A DNA stretch of 55,413 nt, from contig JBARNX010000033.1 of the NCBI GenBank assembly GCA_049641805.1, positions 1 through 55,413 of the forward strand, written 5' to 3'. Below are positions 1-8,450 of this stretch, piece after piece (position 1 is the first letter of the stretch; the number at the start of each line of letters is the position of its first letter). Made by a program: the position numbers and the translations under genes. Below the pieces are notes generated by a model. The model made no database searches. It saw nothing but the letters and a program-made list of their open reading frames with translations, and was not told where the DNA came from. Source of the stretch: Minisyncoccales bacterium (GTDB lineage: Bacteria; Patescibacteriota; Minisyncoccia; Minisyncoccales; UBA5738).

Positions 1-126
1 TGGACGAGCTTGTTTGAATTGTTTTCTCTTTGCAACGAAGCCACCTTATCGGAGAGCCGTGTGCGGGAAATCCGCACGCACGGTTCGATGAGGGGACGGA
101 GGGCGAGAGCCCTCCTCCTACTCTAT
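1..126 (+). mobile_element. Group II intron 3' end (domain V and domain VI), cut by the window edge
   Basis: 54-86 gagccgtgtgcgggaaatccgcacgcacggttc fits the domain V consensus (AGC triad, 2-nt AC bulge, GAAA-type loop). 98-115 ggagggc-gaga-gccctcc plus a bulged A120 about 6 nt before ...ctctat fits a domain VI branch site. Confidence 0.7.
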
Positions 127-168
127 TTTGAGTTGGAAGTTAATTTAAGCTATTATATTTGATAAAAT

Positions 169-1041
169 ATGAAAACTATTTTTTGCCGGACCGATACTTG
201 CGACCAATTGAGAATGACCGGGCTGCTTTTTGAGCCGGAGGCGGGGTCGAAAATCGGGATTTTACATTTGCACGGCCGGGCCGGCGGGTTTTACGCGAAT
301 GCGTTTTTGGATGCGATGGCTGAAATTTACACCGCGCCCGGGTTTGGTTTTCTGACGGTTAATCTGCGCGGTCACGACCAAATTGCTGATTTTCGTATTG
401 GAAATACCGACCAGATAAAAAGAATCGGGCAGGCATTCGATGTTTTCGAAGAATGCGTTTTTGACATTGGCGCGTGGCTGGATTTTTTTCGATCTCGCGG
501 TTATGAAAAGATTATTTTGCAGGGGTACAGCCAGGGCGGCGGCAAGGCGGTTTATTTTTTAAATGAAAAACCGCAAACAGATGTTATCGCGCTGGTTTTG
601 ATGTCGCCGGCGGATGCGGCCGGATTGTTGAAAAAATATGATCCGCGAAATTTTGAAAAAGATTTGGCGCTGGCAAATGATATGGTTGCGCAGGGCAGGG
701 GCAACGAATTATTACTTCGACCGATCCGTGGCACGTATTATGTTTCGGCAAATACTTTCATTGATGAATTTGGCGACCCAACCAAAGCCAACATTTTCCC
801 GATTTTCGAAAATGGCGGTTTTGGAAAACTGGAAAATATCAAAATTCCCACCCTGGCGCTTTATGGCTCAAAAGAAAATCTTTGCATCAATTCGCCAAAA
901 CAAGATTTGGAAATTATCGCGCCGCATTTGAAAAATCCCAAATCAAAAACATCCGTTATCAAAGGCGCGGACCACACATATCATAATCGCGAAATCCAAG
1001 TTGCGAGTTTAATAGCAAACTGGCTAAAAGAAATTTTATAA
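169..1041 (+). CDS. alpha/beta-fold hydrolase
   Basis: 290 aa. Nucleophile elbow GYSQGG, HGRAGG oxyanion-like segment, C-terminal GADH. Confidence 0.7.
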   Translation: MKTIFCRTDTCDQLRMTGLLFEPEAGSKIGILHLHGRAGGFYANAFLDAMAEIYTAPGFGFLTVNLRGHDQIADFRIGNTDQIKRIGQAFDVFEECVFDIGAWLDFFRSRGYEKIILQGYSQGGGKAVYFLNEKPQTDVIALVLMSPADAAGLLKKYDPRNFEKDLALANDMVAQGRGNELLLRPIRGTYYVSANTFIDEFGDPTKANIFPIFENGGFGKLENIKIPTLALYGSKENLCINSPKQDLEIIAPHLKNPKSKTSVIKGADHTYHNREIQVASLIANWLKEIL

Positions 1042-1481
1042 TGGAGGAGATCATTTATCGAAAATCAAACACGGATGATTTGCCGCAGATATTGGAAATG
1101 TTGGTTGCTTTTGATTTGGATGCGTCCAATATGGCCGCCGACGGTTTTTTGGTGGCGGCCGCCGGGTCGCGAATTTTGGGTTGCGCCAGAATAACTGAAA
1201 TTGGCGATGGCAATATTGAACTTTCCAGCGTGGCGGTGGCTGAAGATTGCAGAAAGAAGGGGATCGGGAGCAAGATAATAAAATTGCTTTTTGCCGCGGA
1301 AAAAAGACGGCCGGTGTATTTGATGTGTAAAAGAAGAAATCAAAAATTCTACGAAGAGCAAGGCTTTAAGGAGATACGAGATGATTTATTGCCGGCGGCA
1401 TACAAAAGCAAAATCGATCTAATAATAAGCCCAACAAGGCGGATTATCGGCGATGGGCTTGCGATGATTAAGAAATTATAA
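1041..1481 (+). CDS. GNAT family N-acetyltransferase
   Basis: 146 aa. Acetyl-CoA motif A: VAVAEDCRKKGIGSKII. Confidence 0.7.
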   Translation: MEEIIYRKSNTDDLPQILEMLVAFDLDASNMAADGFLVAAAGSRILGCARITEIGDGNIELSSVAVAEDCRKKGIGSKIIKLLFAAEKRRPVYLMCKRRNQKFYEEQGFKEIRDDLLPAAYKSKIDLIISPTRRIIGDGLAMIKKL

Positions 1482-1484
1482 AAA

Positions 1485-2078
1485 ATGAAACCAGCGCTAT
1501 TTATTGATTTTGACGGGACGCTTTGCCATGATCGGTTTTGGCAAAGTCTCGGCGAGCGCGATTATGAGCGGATAAACAACTTTCTTTTCAATGGCGGGGA
1601 TTTGGTTGACCGTTGGATGCGGGGGAAATGCAATTTGGAGCAGGTTTGCGAAATTCTCTCCCGGGAATTGGATCTTGGATATAAAACATTACTCGAAGCC
1701 CTTGAAGATGATTGCCGTAATATGAGGATTGCGGCCGCTGATCTGGAAAAGATCGATCGACTGAAAAATAAATATGTTGTGGCAATGGTCACGGTCAATA
1801 TGGATTGTTTTGACCGGTTCACCGTTCCAGAGCTTGGGCTTGATAACCATTTTGATTGCATTGTTAATTCATATAATGAGGGCGTTTTAAAACACGGAGA
1901 AAATGGCGGTTTGTTTGGTTCCGCATTGGTAAAAACCGGCGCGGACATCAATAGGAGCATCTTGATTGACGATTCGGAAAAGGCTTGCGGCGCTTTCAAA
2001 AAGTTGGGCGGACGGGCATTGCAAGTTGACCAACAAAAAACATTGAGTTATTGGCTGGATCATCTTTTAAGCTTATAA
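1485..2078 (+). CDS. HAD superfamily hydrolase
   Basis: 197 aa. Motif I LFIDFDGTL, late IDDS. Confidence 0.65.
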   Translation: MKPALFIDFDGTLCHDRFWQSLGERDYERINNFLFNGGDLVDRWMRGKCNLEQVCEILSRELDLGYKTLLEALEDDCRNMRIAAADLEKIDRLKNKYVVAMVTVNMDCFDRFTVPELGLDNHFDCIVNSYNEGVLKHGENGGLFGSALVKTGADINRSILIDDSEKACGAFKKLGGRALQVDQQKTLSYWLDHLLSL

Positions 2079-2272
2079 ATAAATTAAAAAATATGTTTGC
2101 AATAAAAGAACCAGAAGATTATAGTTTTGAAAAATTTGGCATAAGGGGGAAATGAAACTGCTTTTGAATTGCACTCCGCTATGGATCGAAGCGCAGGAAG
2201 AGACAGCAAGTTAGATTTTGTTGCTTGGGAAACACTGTTGCCGATGATATAATGGAGCAATAATAATAAGCT

Positions 2273-2940
2273 ATGAAACCGACTTTAAAAAAATCGTTTT
2301 TTCGGGTTTTCTGGCGCTTGCAATATCTTTTGTCGCCGCTGGGCCGAGTTCGGCGCAGTACCAAAATCAGGCGATGCTATTGGTTCAGATTGAAGAGGTT
2401 AAACGGCAGATACTGATATTGCAGATACAGCTCATTCAGATGCGGATCGCCGATCTGCAGCGCCAGCTTGATCAAATAAATGGAGCGGGGAATGTTTCGA
2501 ACGCGTATATTGATATCATTTATCCCAATGGCGGAGAAAAGCTGGGAAACCGCCGCGATTATTATATCCGCTGGGAATCCAGAGGGGTCGAAAGAGTGAC
2601 GATTGAATTGGAGGCTCCGGGAAGCGAAACGATTATCGCCAGTAATGTTGATGCTTCGGCCGGCCGATATTATTGGTACGCGGGCGATGTTGTTGGCAGC
2701 GAGTATCGCGTTCATATATTTGATCCGAATAGGCCAAGCGTGGGCGATGTGAGCAGCGGCAAGTTTTTGGTTTTTGACAATAACGGCGGCAATCATTGCT
2801 CCGACGGCACCGCCATTGGCAAATGTTCAACCGACAAGCCAAAACTTTGTTTCGATGATGAATTAGATTTAGTCGATGCCTGCCACTCCTGCGGCTGTCC
2901 CTCGGGCTTGACCTGCAACTCAAACAGCAAGTGCCAGTAA
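2273..2940 (+). CDS. Secreted Cys-rich protein; the signal peptide start is out of frame with the body
   Basis: The body ORF runs 2374..2940 (C-terminal CxxC-rich tail). Frame 1 upstream encodes KKIVFSGFLALAISFVAAGPSSAQ with no start codon. The only ATG (2273) is one frame off, across the A7 tract 2287-2293. Confidence 0.45.
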
Positions 2941-2952
2941 CCAATTAATTTT

Positions 2953-3315
2953 ATGGAGTTAACCGAAAAGCAGCAGGAATTATTGATGCGCCGCAATTTG
3001 GTAGTTTTGGCGACTTCAAGTTTGGATGGACAGCCGCGGGCTATTATTGTTGAAGTTAATAAAGCAGAAGGGGAAACACTGGTAATTACCGACAACGAAA
3101 TGAATGAAACGAGAAATAATTTGTTAGCAAATGGCAAAGTTTCCATTTTGGCTTTTGAGGAAGACTATAGTTTTTGTTTTAAAATTTTTGGCGTGGCGAA
3201 ATATTGTCAGAGTGGCGAGTACTATGATTTTGCGAAAAACTTAGAAACCAACAAAAAAGAAGTACCAAAGGGAGCAGTGGTAATTGCGATTGATAAAGTA
3301 ATCGAATTCAAATAA
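2953..3315 (+). CDS. Pyridoxamine 5'-phosphate oxidase-like FMN-binding protein
   Basis: 120 aa. The NLVVLATSSLDGQPRAIIVEV pattern is typical of the split-barrel family. Confidence 0.6.
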   Translation: MELTEKQQELLMRRNLVVLATSSLDGQPRAIIVEVNKAEGETLVITDNEMNETRNNLLANGKVSILAFEEDYSFCFKIFGVAKYCQSGEYYDFAKNLETNKKEVPKGAVVIAIDKVIEFK

Positions 3316-3327
3316 TTTTTGAAAATC

Positions 3328-3696
3328 ATGAATGACAAGCGATTCAAGGGATTATTTTTTCGCGCCAGGGTGGTGCGGGGTGCGGGACGGGGGAAGGGGA
3401 TGGGGTTTCCGACCGCGAATTTGGATGCGGCGGATGTTGATTTGGGCCACGGAGTTTATCTGGTTCAAGCCGAGGTTTTGGGCCGGAAATATAAAGGATT
3501 GCTGTTTTTCGGGTCGAAGGAAACATTCGGCGAACCGGTTTCTTTGGAAGTTTTTATTCAAGATTTGGCAAGCGATATATATGGAGAAACGGTCGCGGTG
3601 CGGTTGATGAAAAAAATCAGGGATATCAAAAAATTCGATAATCCGCGGGAATTGCAAAAACAAATCGAACGCGATGTCGCGGAAAATCTTTCCTGA
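3328..3696 (+). CDS. Monofunctional riboflavin kinase (RibF C-terminal-type domain)
   Basis: GRGKGMGFPTANL motif. ATG at 3328 (the track starts at TTG 3319). Confidence 0.75.
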   Translation: MNDKRFKGLFFRARVVRGAGRGKGMGFPTANLDAADVDLGHGVYLVQAEVLGRKYKGLLFFGSKETFGEPVSLEVFIQDLASDIYGETVAVRLMKKIRDIKKFDNPRELQKQIERDVAENLS

Positions 3697-3732
3697 TTCG
3701 TTGGTACGTGGCGGATAAAATCGGAAATACAC

Positions 3733-3757
3733 ACAAGGCCTGGCGGGCCTTGTTTTG
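3733..3757 (+). terminator. Rho-independent terminator
   Basis: acaaggcc-tggcg-ggccttgt followed by tttg. Confidence 0.6.
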
Positions 3758-3807
3758 ATATTGGGCAATAACGCGAAAAAGCGGTAAAATAAACAAAACA
3801 AAAAAAT

Positions 3808-6381
3808 ATGTACGAATTTTTTATTTTCATCGTTGTTTTATTCGCGTTTTTGTATCTGAAAAGCAGGATTAACCAATTGGATGAAGAAATAGATTCATTA
3901 AAAATCAAATTTGGCATAAAAAATAACGCGGTCAGCCAGTCCATAGTCCAAGAACCGGCGCCGCCGTTGGAAACCGAGTCAGCGGCGGAAGCAATTCCGG
4001 CGGCGGCGGTTTTGGAGGTGGTTGAAAAACCGGCGGCGGCAATGGAACAGGAACCGCCCGCAAGCATCGAAACCGAAAATAAATCCGAAGAGAACCTGGA
4101 ATTCAAGATCGGTAGCAAGATATTCACGGGCGTGGGCGTGGTGGCGGTGATTTGCGCGGTCGGGTTTTTCCTGCGCTACGCGTTTGAAAATAATTTGATC
4201 AATGAGTTTGGCCGGGTGGCGCTGGGTGTTGCCGCCGGCATTATTCTTTTGATTGTCGGCGAATTGACGCGCAAACGGTTCGCAAATTACGGCCAGGCGC
4301 TGACTGGCGGGGGACTGGGAGTTTTGTATGTTTCTTTTTACGCCGCTTTCAGTTTTTACAAACTGATGGCCCAGCCGACTGCGTTTTTCGCGATGATCTT
4401 GGTTACCGCGGCCGGCATTCTTTTGTCATTGCGGCAAAATTCGATGGCGCTGGCGATGTTTGCCCAAGTCGGCGGATTTCTGACGCCCCTGCTGATCAAC
4501 AGCGGCAATGCCAGTCCGCACATTTTGTTCCTTTATGTGGCATTGCTTGATGTGGCGGTGTTCTTGACCGCGTTCTATAAATTATGGCAGCCGCTGTCGG
4601 CGGTGAGCTTTGCGGGCACGGCGCTGGCTTATTCATATTGGTATTTTAATTTTTATTCGTCTTTGCAATTCACGCCGGCATTCGGTTATTTGAGTTTGTT
4701 CTTCGCCATTTTCCTGTGTGTTCCGTTCATCCAATATTTTGTCAAAAAATCGCCGGAAAATTCCTGGGATTTGATGCTTGTTTCCGCCAACCCGCTGTTC
4801 TATTTTTCAATGAGCTACGCGATCATCGATCCGCTTTATCCTGATTTTATGGGCTGGTTCACTATGGCACTGGGAGTTTTCTATTGCGCGATGGCCGCGG
4901 CGGTGGGCGGCAAAAACGAGCGCGACTCTCTTTTCCGCCATTTTCTGCTGACCGCCGGATTTGTTTTGCTGGCGATTGCGGTGCCGATCCAGTTTGACGG
5001 CAAATGGATCGTGGCGGCTTGGGCGGCGGAAGCGCTGGCGTTCACCGCGACCGGTTTCAAAATGAAAATGACGCTTTATCGGGGATTGGGAGGCTTTCTG
5101 TTTTTTGCCGCGCTCATTAAATTATTGATATTCGAAAGCAGTTTGCCCGGCAACGCAATGGTTATTTTCAATGGCCGGTTCTTGTCTTATGCCTTATATT
5201 TTGGCGCCGCCGCGGCCGGGGCTTATTTGTATCGACGCTACAAAATGGAATCGGGCAAGCCAGAGTCGCCGATGTTTTATTTATTGTTGCTGGAAGCCGC
5301 GCTGGCGGTTGTCGTCGGCTCGAGTTTTGAGGTTCATGATTTCTTCGGCAACTACGGCAAATGGACTGTCGTTGTTTGGGCGATTGAGGCGCTGGCATTT
5401 ATTGCCGCCGGCTTCAGGTGGAAGCTGACAATTTACCGGGTGTTGGGCAACTGTTTGTTGTTGGCAACATTGTTCCGGCTTTCGGTGTTCGAAGGCAGTC
5501 TTGAGACCGGATCGATGCCAATATTCAATTTGAGGCTTTTAGCATACGCGGTGTTCTTTGCCGTTGTTGCGGCCAGCGCTTATTTGTATCGCCGCCGGAA
5601 GCTTGAGCTGGGGGAGAACGAACGGCAGCTGTTTCCCATTCTCGCGCTTGAGGGCGCGTTTGCCGGTCTTTTCGGATTGAGCCTTGAAATCCATAATTTT
5701 TTTGGTGAGTATTGGTATCCGATCTTGTGGACTTTCGGCGGTCTGGCGGCAGGATTATTGTCATTCCGCTTAAAGAGTGTGGCACTTCGCTGTGTTACTT
5801 ATGCCACTTTTGCCGCCGCGTTGTTCCATTTGTTGGTTTTCGACAGCCATATTGGCGTCTTAAAATACGTGCCGCTGGCCAATACCCGGGTTTTCGCGTT
5901 TGCGGCTTCGGCAATTGCCGTCAGGTTGTTTCTTCAATTGTTCCGCACCAATAAAGATAAGATGTCGAAAGACGAATACCAGCTTTTCCAGCCGACGCTG
6001 TTTATGATGTTCCATTTCCTGAATTTGTGGATAATCAGCGCTGAAATCATCAGCTATTGCGACGAGCAGGCTCTGTTGGCGGGTAGGGCATCGGCATTCA
6101 ACTTCGATAATTTAAAGAATGTGTTCTTGTCGGCGGCATGGACCATATACGGCGTGATTCTGATGATTGCCGGGATAATCAAGAAAACAACTTATGAGCG
6201 TTTCTTGGCGATCGCTTTGTTTGCGATCGTGATCGTCAAGGTTTTCCTTGTTGATACCGCGGATTTGGGTAATCTTTACCGGTTTTTCTCGTTCATTGTT
6301 TTGGGATGTTTCCTTCTTTTGGTGGGCTACCTTTATTACCGTTTCCAAGACCGGCTTCGCAAATTCGTTAAAGCCGAATAG
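3808..6381 (+). CDS. Large polytopic membrane protein (DUF2339-like)
   Basis: 857 aa. N-terminal TM plus coiled-coil and Ala/Pro-rich linker, then more than 20 TM helices with internal repeats. Confidence 0.65.
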   Translation: MYEFFIFIVVLFAFLYLKSRINQLDEEIDSLKIKFGIKNNAVSQSIVQEPAPPLETESAAEAIPAAAVLEVVEKPAAAMEQEPPASIETENKSEENLEFKIGSKIFTGVGVVAVICAVGFFLRYAFENNLINEFGRVALGVAAGIILLIVGELTRKRFANYGQALTGGGLGVLYVSFYAAFSFYKLMAQPTAFFAMILVTAAGILLSLRQNSMALAMFAQVGGFLTPLLINSGNASPHILFLYVALLDVAVFLTAFYKLWQPLSAVSFAGTALAYSYWYFNFYSSLQFTPAFGYLSLFFAIFLCVPFIQYFVKKSPENSWDLMLVSANPLFYFSMSYAIIDPLYPDFMGWFTMALGVFYCAMAAAVGGKNERDSLFRHFLLTAGFVLLAIAVPIQFDGKWIVAAWAAEALAFTATGFKMKMTLYRGLGGFLFFAALIKLLIFESSLPGNAMVIFNGRFLSYALYFGAAAAGAYLYRRYKMESGKPESPMFYLLLLEAALAVVVGSSFEVHDFFGNYGKWTVVVWAIEALAFIAAGFRWKLTIYRVLGNCLLLATLFRLSVFEGSLETGSMPIFNLRLLAYAVFFAVVAASAYLYRRRKLELGENERQLFPILALEGAFAGLFGLSLEIHNFFGEYWYPILWTFGGLAAGLLSFRLKSVALRCVTYATFAAALFHLLVFDSHIGVLKYVPLANTRVFAFAASAIAVRLFLQLFRTNKDKMSKDEYQLFQPTLFMMFHFLNLWIISAEIISYCDEQALLAGRASAFNFDNLKNVFLSAAWTIYGVILMIAGIIKKTTYERFLAIALFAIVIVKVFLVDTADLGNLYRFFSFIVLGCFLLLVGYLYYRFQDRLRKFVKAE

Positions 6382-6507
6382 GATTCAATTTGCATATCAA
6401 ATAGGCGGACCGCGGTTGCCGTTACGCTTTCCGCTTCCAAAGCAGGTGCAAAAATGAGATTTCTGCTAATATATCAATCAACGCAATCAACGCAATAAAC
6501 GTAATAT

Positions 6508-7158
6508 ATGAAATTATTTCTAACCTCTGCCGGGTTGGTCCCGGAAGTCGCGCCGGATTTTTTGAAGTTGCTGGGTAAAGCTCCGGAGAGAGCCAAAATG
6601 ATTTTTATCCCGACCGCGGCCAATCCCGAATTGGACCGCTGGTATTTGAACAAGGATAAACTGGTCATCGCGCAATTGGGCATTACCGATATAACCGAAG
6701 TTGACATTGAAAAAGAGAATGAAAAAACTTTGGCGGAAAAATTAGATGGCGTCGATATAATTTACGTTGAAGGTGGCAACACTTTTTATCTTTTGAAATA
6801 TGTCCGCGAAAGCGGATTTGAAAAATTGGCCAAACAGTTTCTGGAAAGGGGAGGCGTGTATGTGGGCGTGAGCGCGGGTTCGATGATCGCCGGGCCAAAC
6901 ATTGAAACCGCGAATTGGAAACACGCCGACAGGAACGAAGTTGGCTTGCAAGATTTAGCCGCGATGAATTTGGTGCCGTTCGCGATCGCGCCGCACATCG
7001 ACGAAACAAATATCGAAGCGACAAAGGCGGAGGCGGCCAAAGTCAGCTATCCGGTAATCGCGCTAAGCGACAAACAAGCCGTTGTTGTCGACGACGCCAA
7101 AACCCAAATCATTGGCCCTGGCGACAAAATGGTTTTTAATAACCAAAAATTATCATAA
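6508..7158 (+). CDS. Peptidase S51 (dipeptidase E-like)
   Basis: MKLFLTSAG start, GVSAGSMIAG serine motif, APHIDE histidine. Confidence 0.7.
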   Translation: MKLFLTSAGLVPEVAPDFLKLLGKAPERAKMIFIPTAANPELDRWYLNKDKLVIAQLGITDITEVDIEKENEKTLAEKLDGVDIIYVEGGNTFYLLKYVRESGFEKLAKQFLERGGVYVGVSAGSMIAGPNIETANWKHADRNEVGLQDLAAMNLVPFAIAPHIDETNIEATKAEAAKVSYPVIALSDKQAVVVDDAKTQIIGPGDKMVFNNQKLS

Positions 7159-7160
7159 AT

Positions 7161-7535
7161 ATGTTCAAGGGATTTATTCTGTCGGAATCGTTAAAAAACC
7201 CGTTAATTTTGAATGACCTCAAAGCGGGGTTTGTGAGAGTGGAAAAACGTTCCGAGTCAAAAGAATTTCCTTTTTGGTATCTTTTTGTTGTTGAATTCAA
7301 AGATGAAGATGTCAAAAATTCAATAAAGCTTATTTCGGGTAATTTGAAATATGGCTGGTACGCTCATTTTTGGGATGAATCGGTTGTTTACATCTGTTTT
7401 CTGGACAAGATATTCAAGGTTCCGCGCGAGCAGGGACGGGGCTGGAAATCAGACGAATTCAAAGCGGCAATTGAATATGGCGCCAAAAACGGGGTGGATC
7501 CGATTTATTTTTCTGATTTCTGGATCGAAGATTGA
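7161..7535 (+). CDS. Hypothetical protein
   Basis: 124-aa ORF packed tightly after the preceding gene. No recognisable motif. Confidence 0.4.
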   Translation: MFKGFILSESLKNPLILNDLKAGFVRVEKRSESKEFPFWYLFVVEFKDEDVKNSIKLISGNLKYGWYAHFWDESVVYICFLDKIFKVPREQGRGWKSDEFKAAIEYGAKNGVDPIYFSDFWIED

Positions 7536-7570
7536 TTGACTCGCGTAATGACTTTTAGGGCTAACAAATC

Positions 7571-7592
7571 ATATATTCCATTTGGAATATAT
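7571..7592. promoter_or_regulatory. 22-bp palindromic operator candidate, copy 1
   Basis: atatattcca-tt-tggaatatat, with perfect 10-bp arms. Confidence 0.5.
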
Positions 7593-7634
7593 TTTGTTAA
7601 AATAAAATTGCAGATTTTTTTATTAATCAAGAAT

Positions 7635-7853
7635 ATGATCAGCGACCACAAAGAAGAATATAAAAAAATCGCGGCCAAATTGCGCGCGGCGCGAATGGCG
7701 CGCGGGTTGAATCAGGGGAAAGTGGCGCATAAGATCGATAAAAGCCAGTCATATGTTTCCAAGGTTGAATCTGGGAAGATTTTTATCGGCGCGGTGGAGC
7801 TTGATATGCTGGCGAAAATTTACCAAAAGCCGATTGAGTATTTTCTTTCGTGA
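7635..7853 (+). CDS. XRE-family HTH transcriptional regulator
   Basis: LRAARMARGLNQGKVAHKIDKSQSYVSKVESGK. ATG at 7635 is preferred over the 7536 track start. Confidence 0.75.
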   Translation: MISDHKEEYKKIAAKLRAARMARGLNQGKVAHKIDKSQSYVSKVESGKIFIGAVELDMLAKIYQKPIEYFLS

Positions 7854-7872
7854 ATTTTTTCGGATTCACGCG

Positions 7873-7894
7873 ATATATTCCAAATGGAATATAT
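7873..7894. promoter_or_regulatory. 22-bp palindromic operator candidate, copy 2
   Basis: atatattcca-aa-tggaatatat. The arms are identical to 7571-7592. It lies 47 nt upstream of the Nudix gene. Confidence 0.5.
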
Positions 7895-7940
7895 GGTATT
7901 GGGTAATTCAATTTTTATTTATTCGTAAATTCGAAGAATC

Positions 7941-8357
7941 ATGGAAAATGTAAAAGTGTGTTTGATAATCAAAAATAAAAATGGGGATCTGCTTTTGCAA
8001 TTGCGCGACGAAGAGCCGGAGATCGACAAGTGGGTGCTGTTTGGCGGGGGAGTCGGGCCGGGTGAAACCAATGAGCAGGCGTTGGCGCGGGAAATCAAAG
8101 AGGAGCTTGGATTCACGATCAGCGGTGTGAAATTTTTCGGCGAATATAAAGATAACGGCATCAAACAAATGATCTATGTTTTGGATGAGCCGGCCGCGGA
8201 GGGTGATTTGGTTTTGGCCGAAGGCAAGGCAATGAAATTTTTTTCACTCACAGATATTGAAGGTTCGGCGATTGGGTTTAATTTTAAACAAATTATCAGA
8301 GATTATTTTGAAGAGATCGAAAAAATATATTCCAACTTTATAATGAATAACAAATAA
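7941..8357 (+). CDS. NUDIX hydrolase
   Basis: Nudix box GGGVGPGETNEQALAREIKEELG. Confidence 0.8.
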   Translation: MENVKVCLIIKNKNGDLLLQLRDEEPEIDKWVLFGGGVGPGETNEQALAREIKEELGFTISGVKFFGEYKDNGIKQMIYVLDEPAAEGDLVLAEGKAMKFFSLTDIEGSAIGFNFKQIIRDYFEEIEKIYSNFIMNNK

Positions 8358-8450
8358 ATACCTGACATTAAATCAAAAATAATCGCGGATATCGAAAACT
8401 CCAAGGACGAGCAAATTGAGTTTTTAAAAAAACTCGTTCAAACAAATTCG

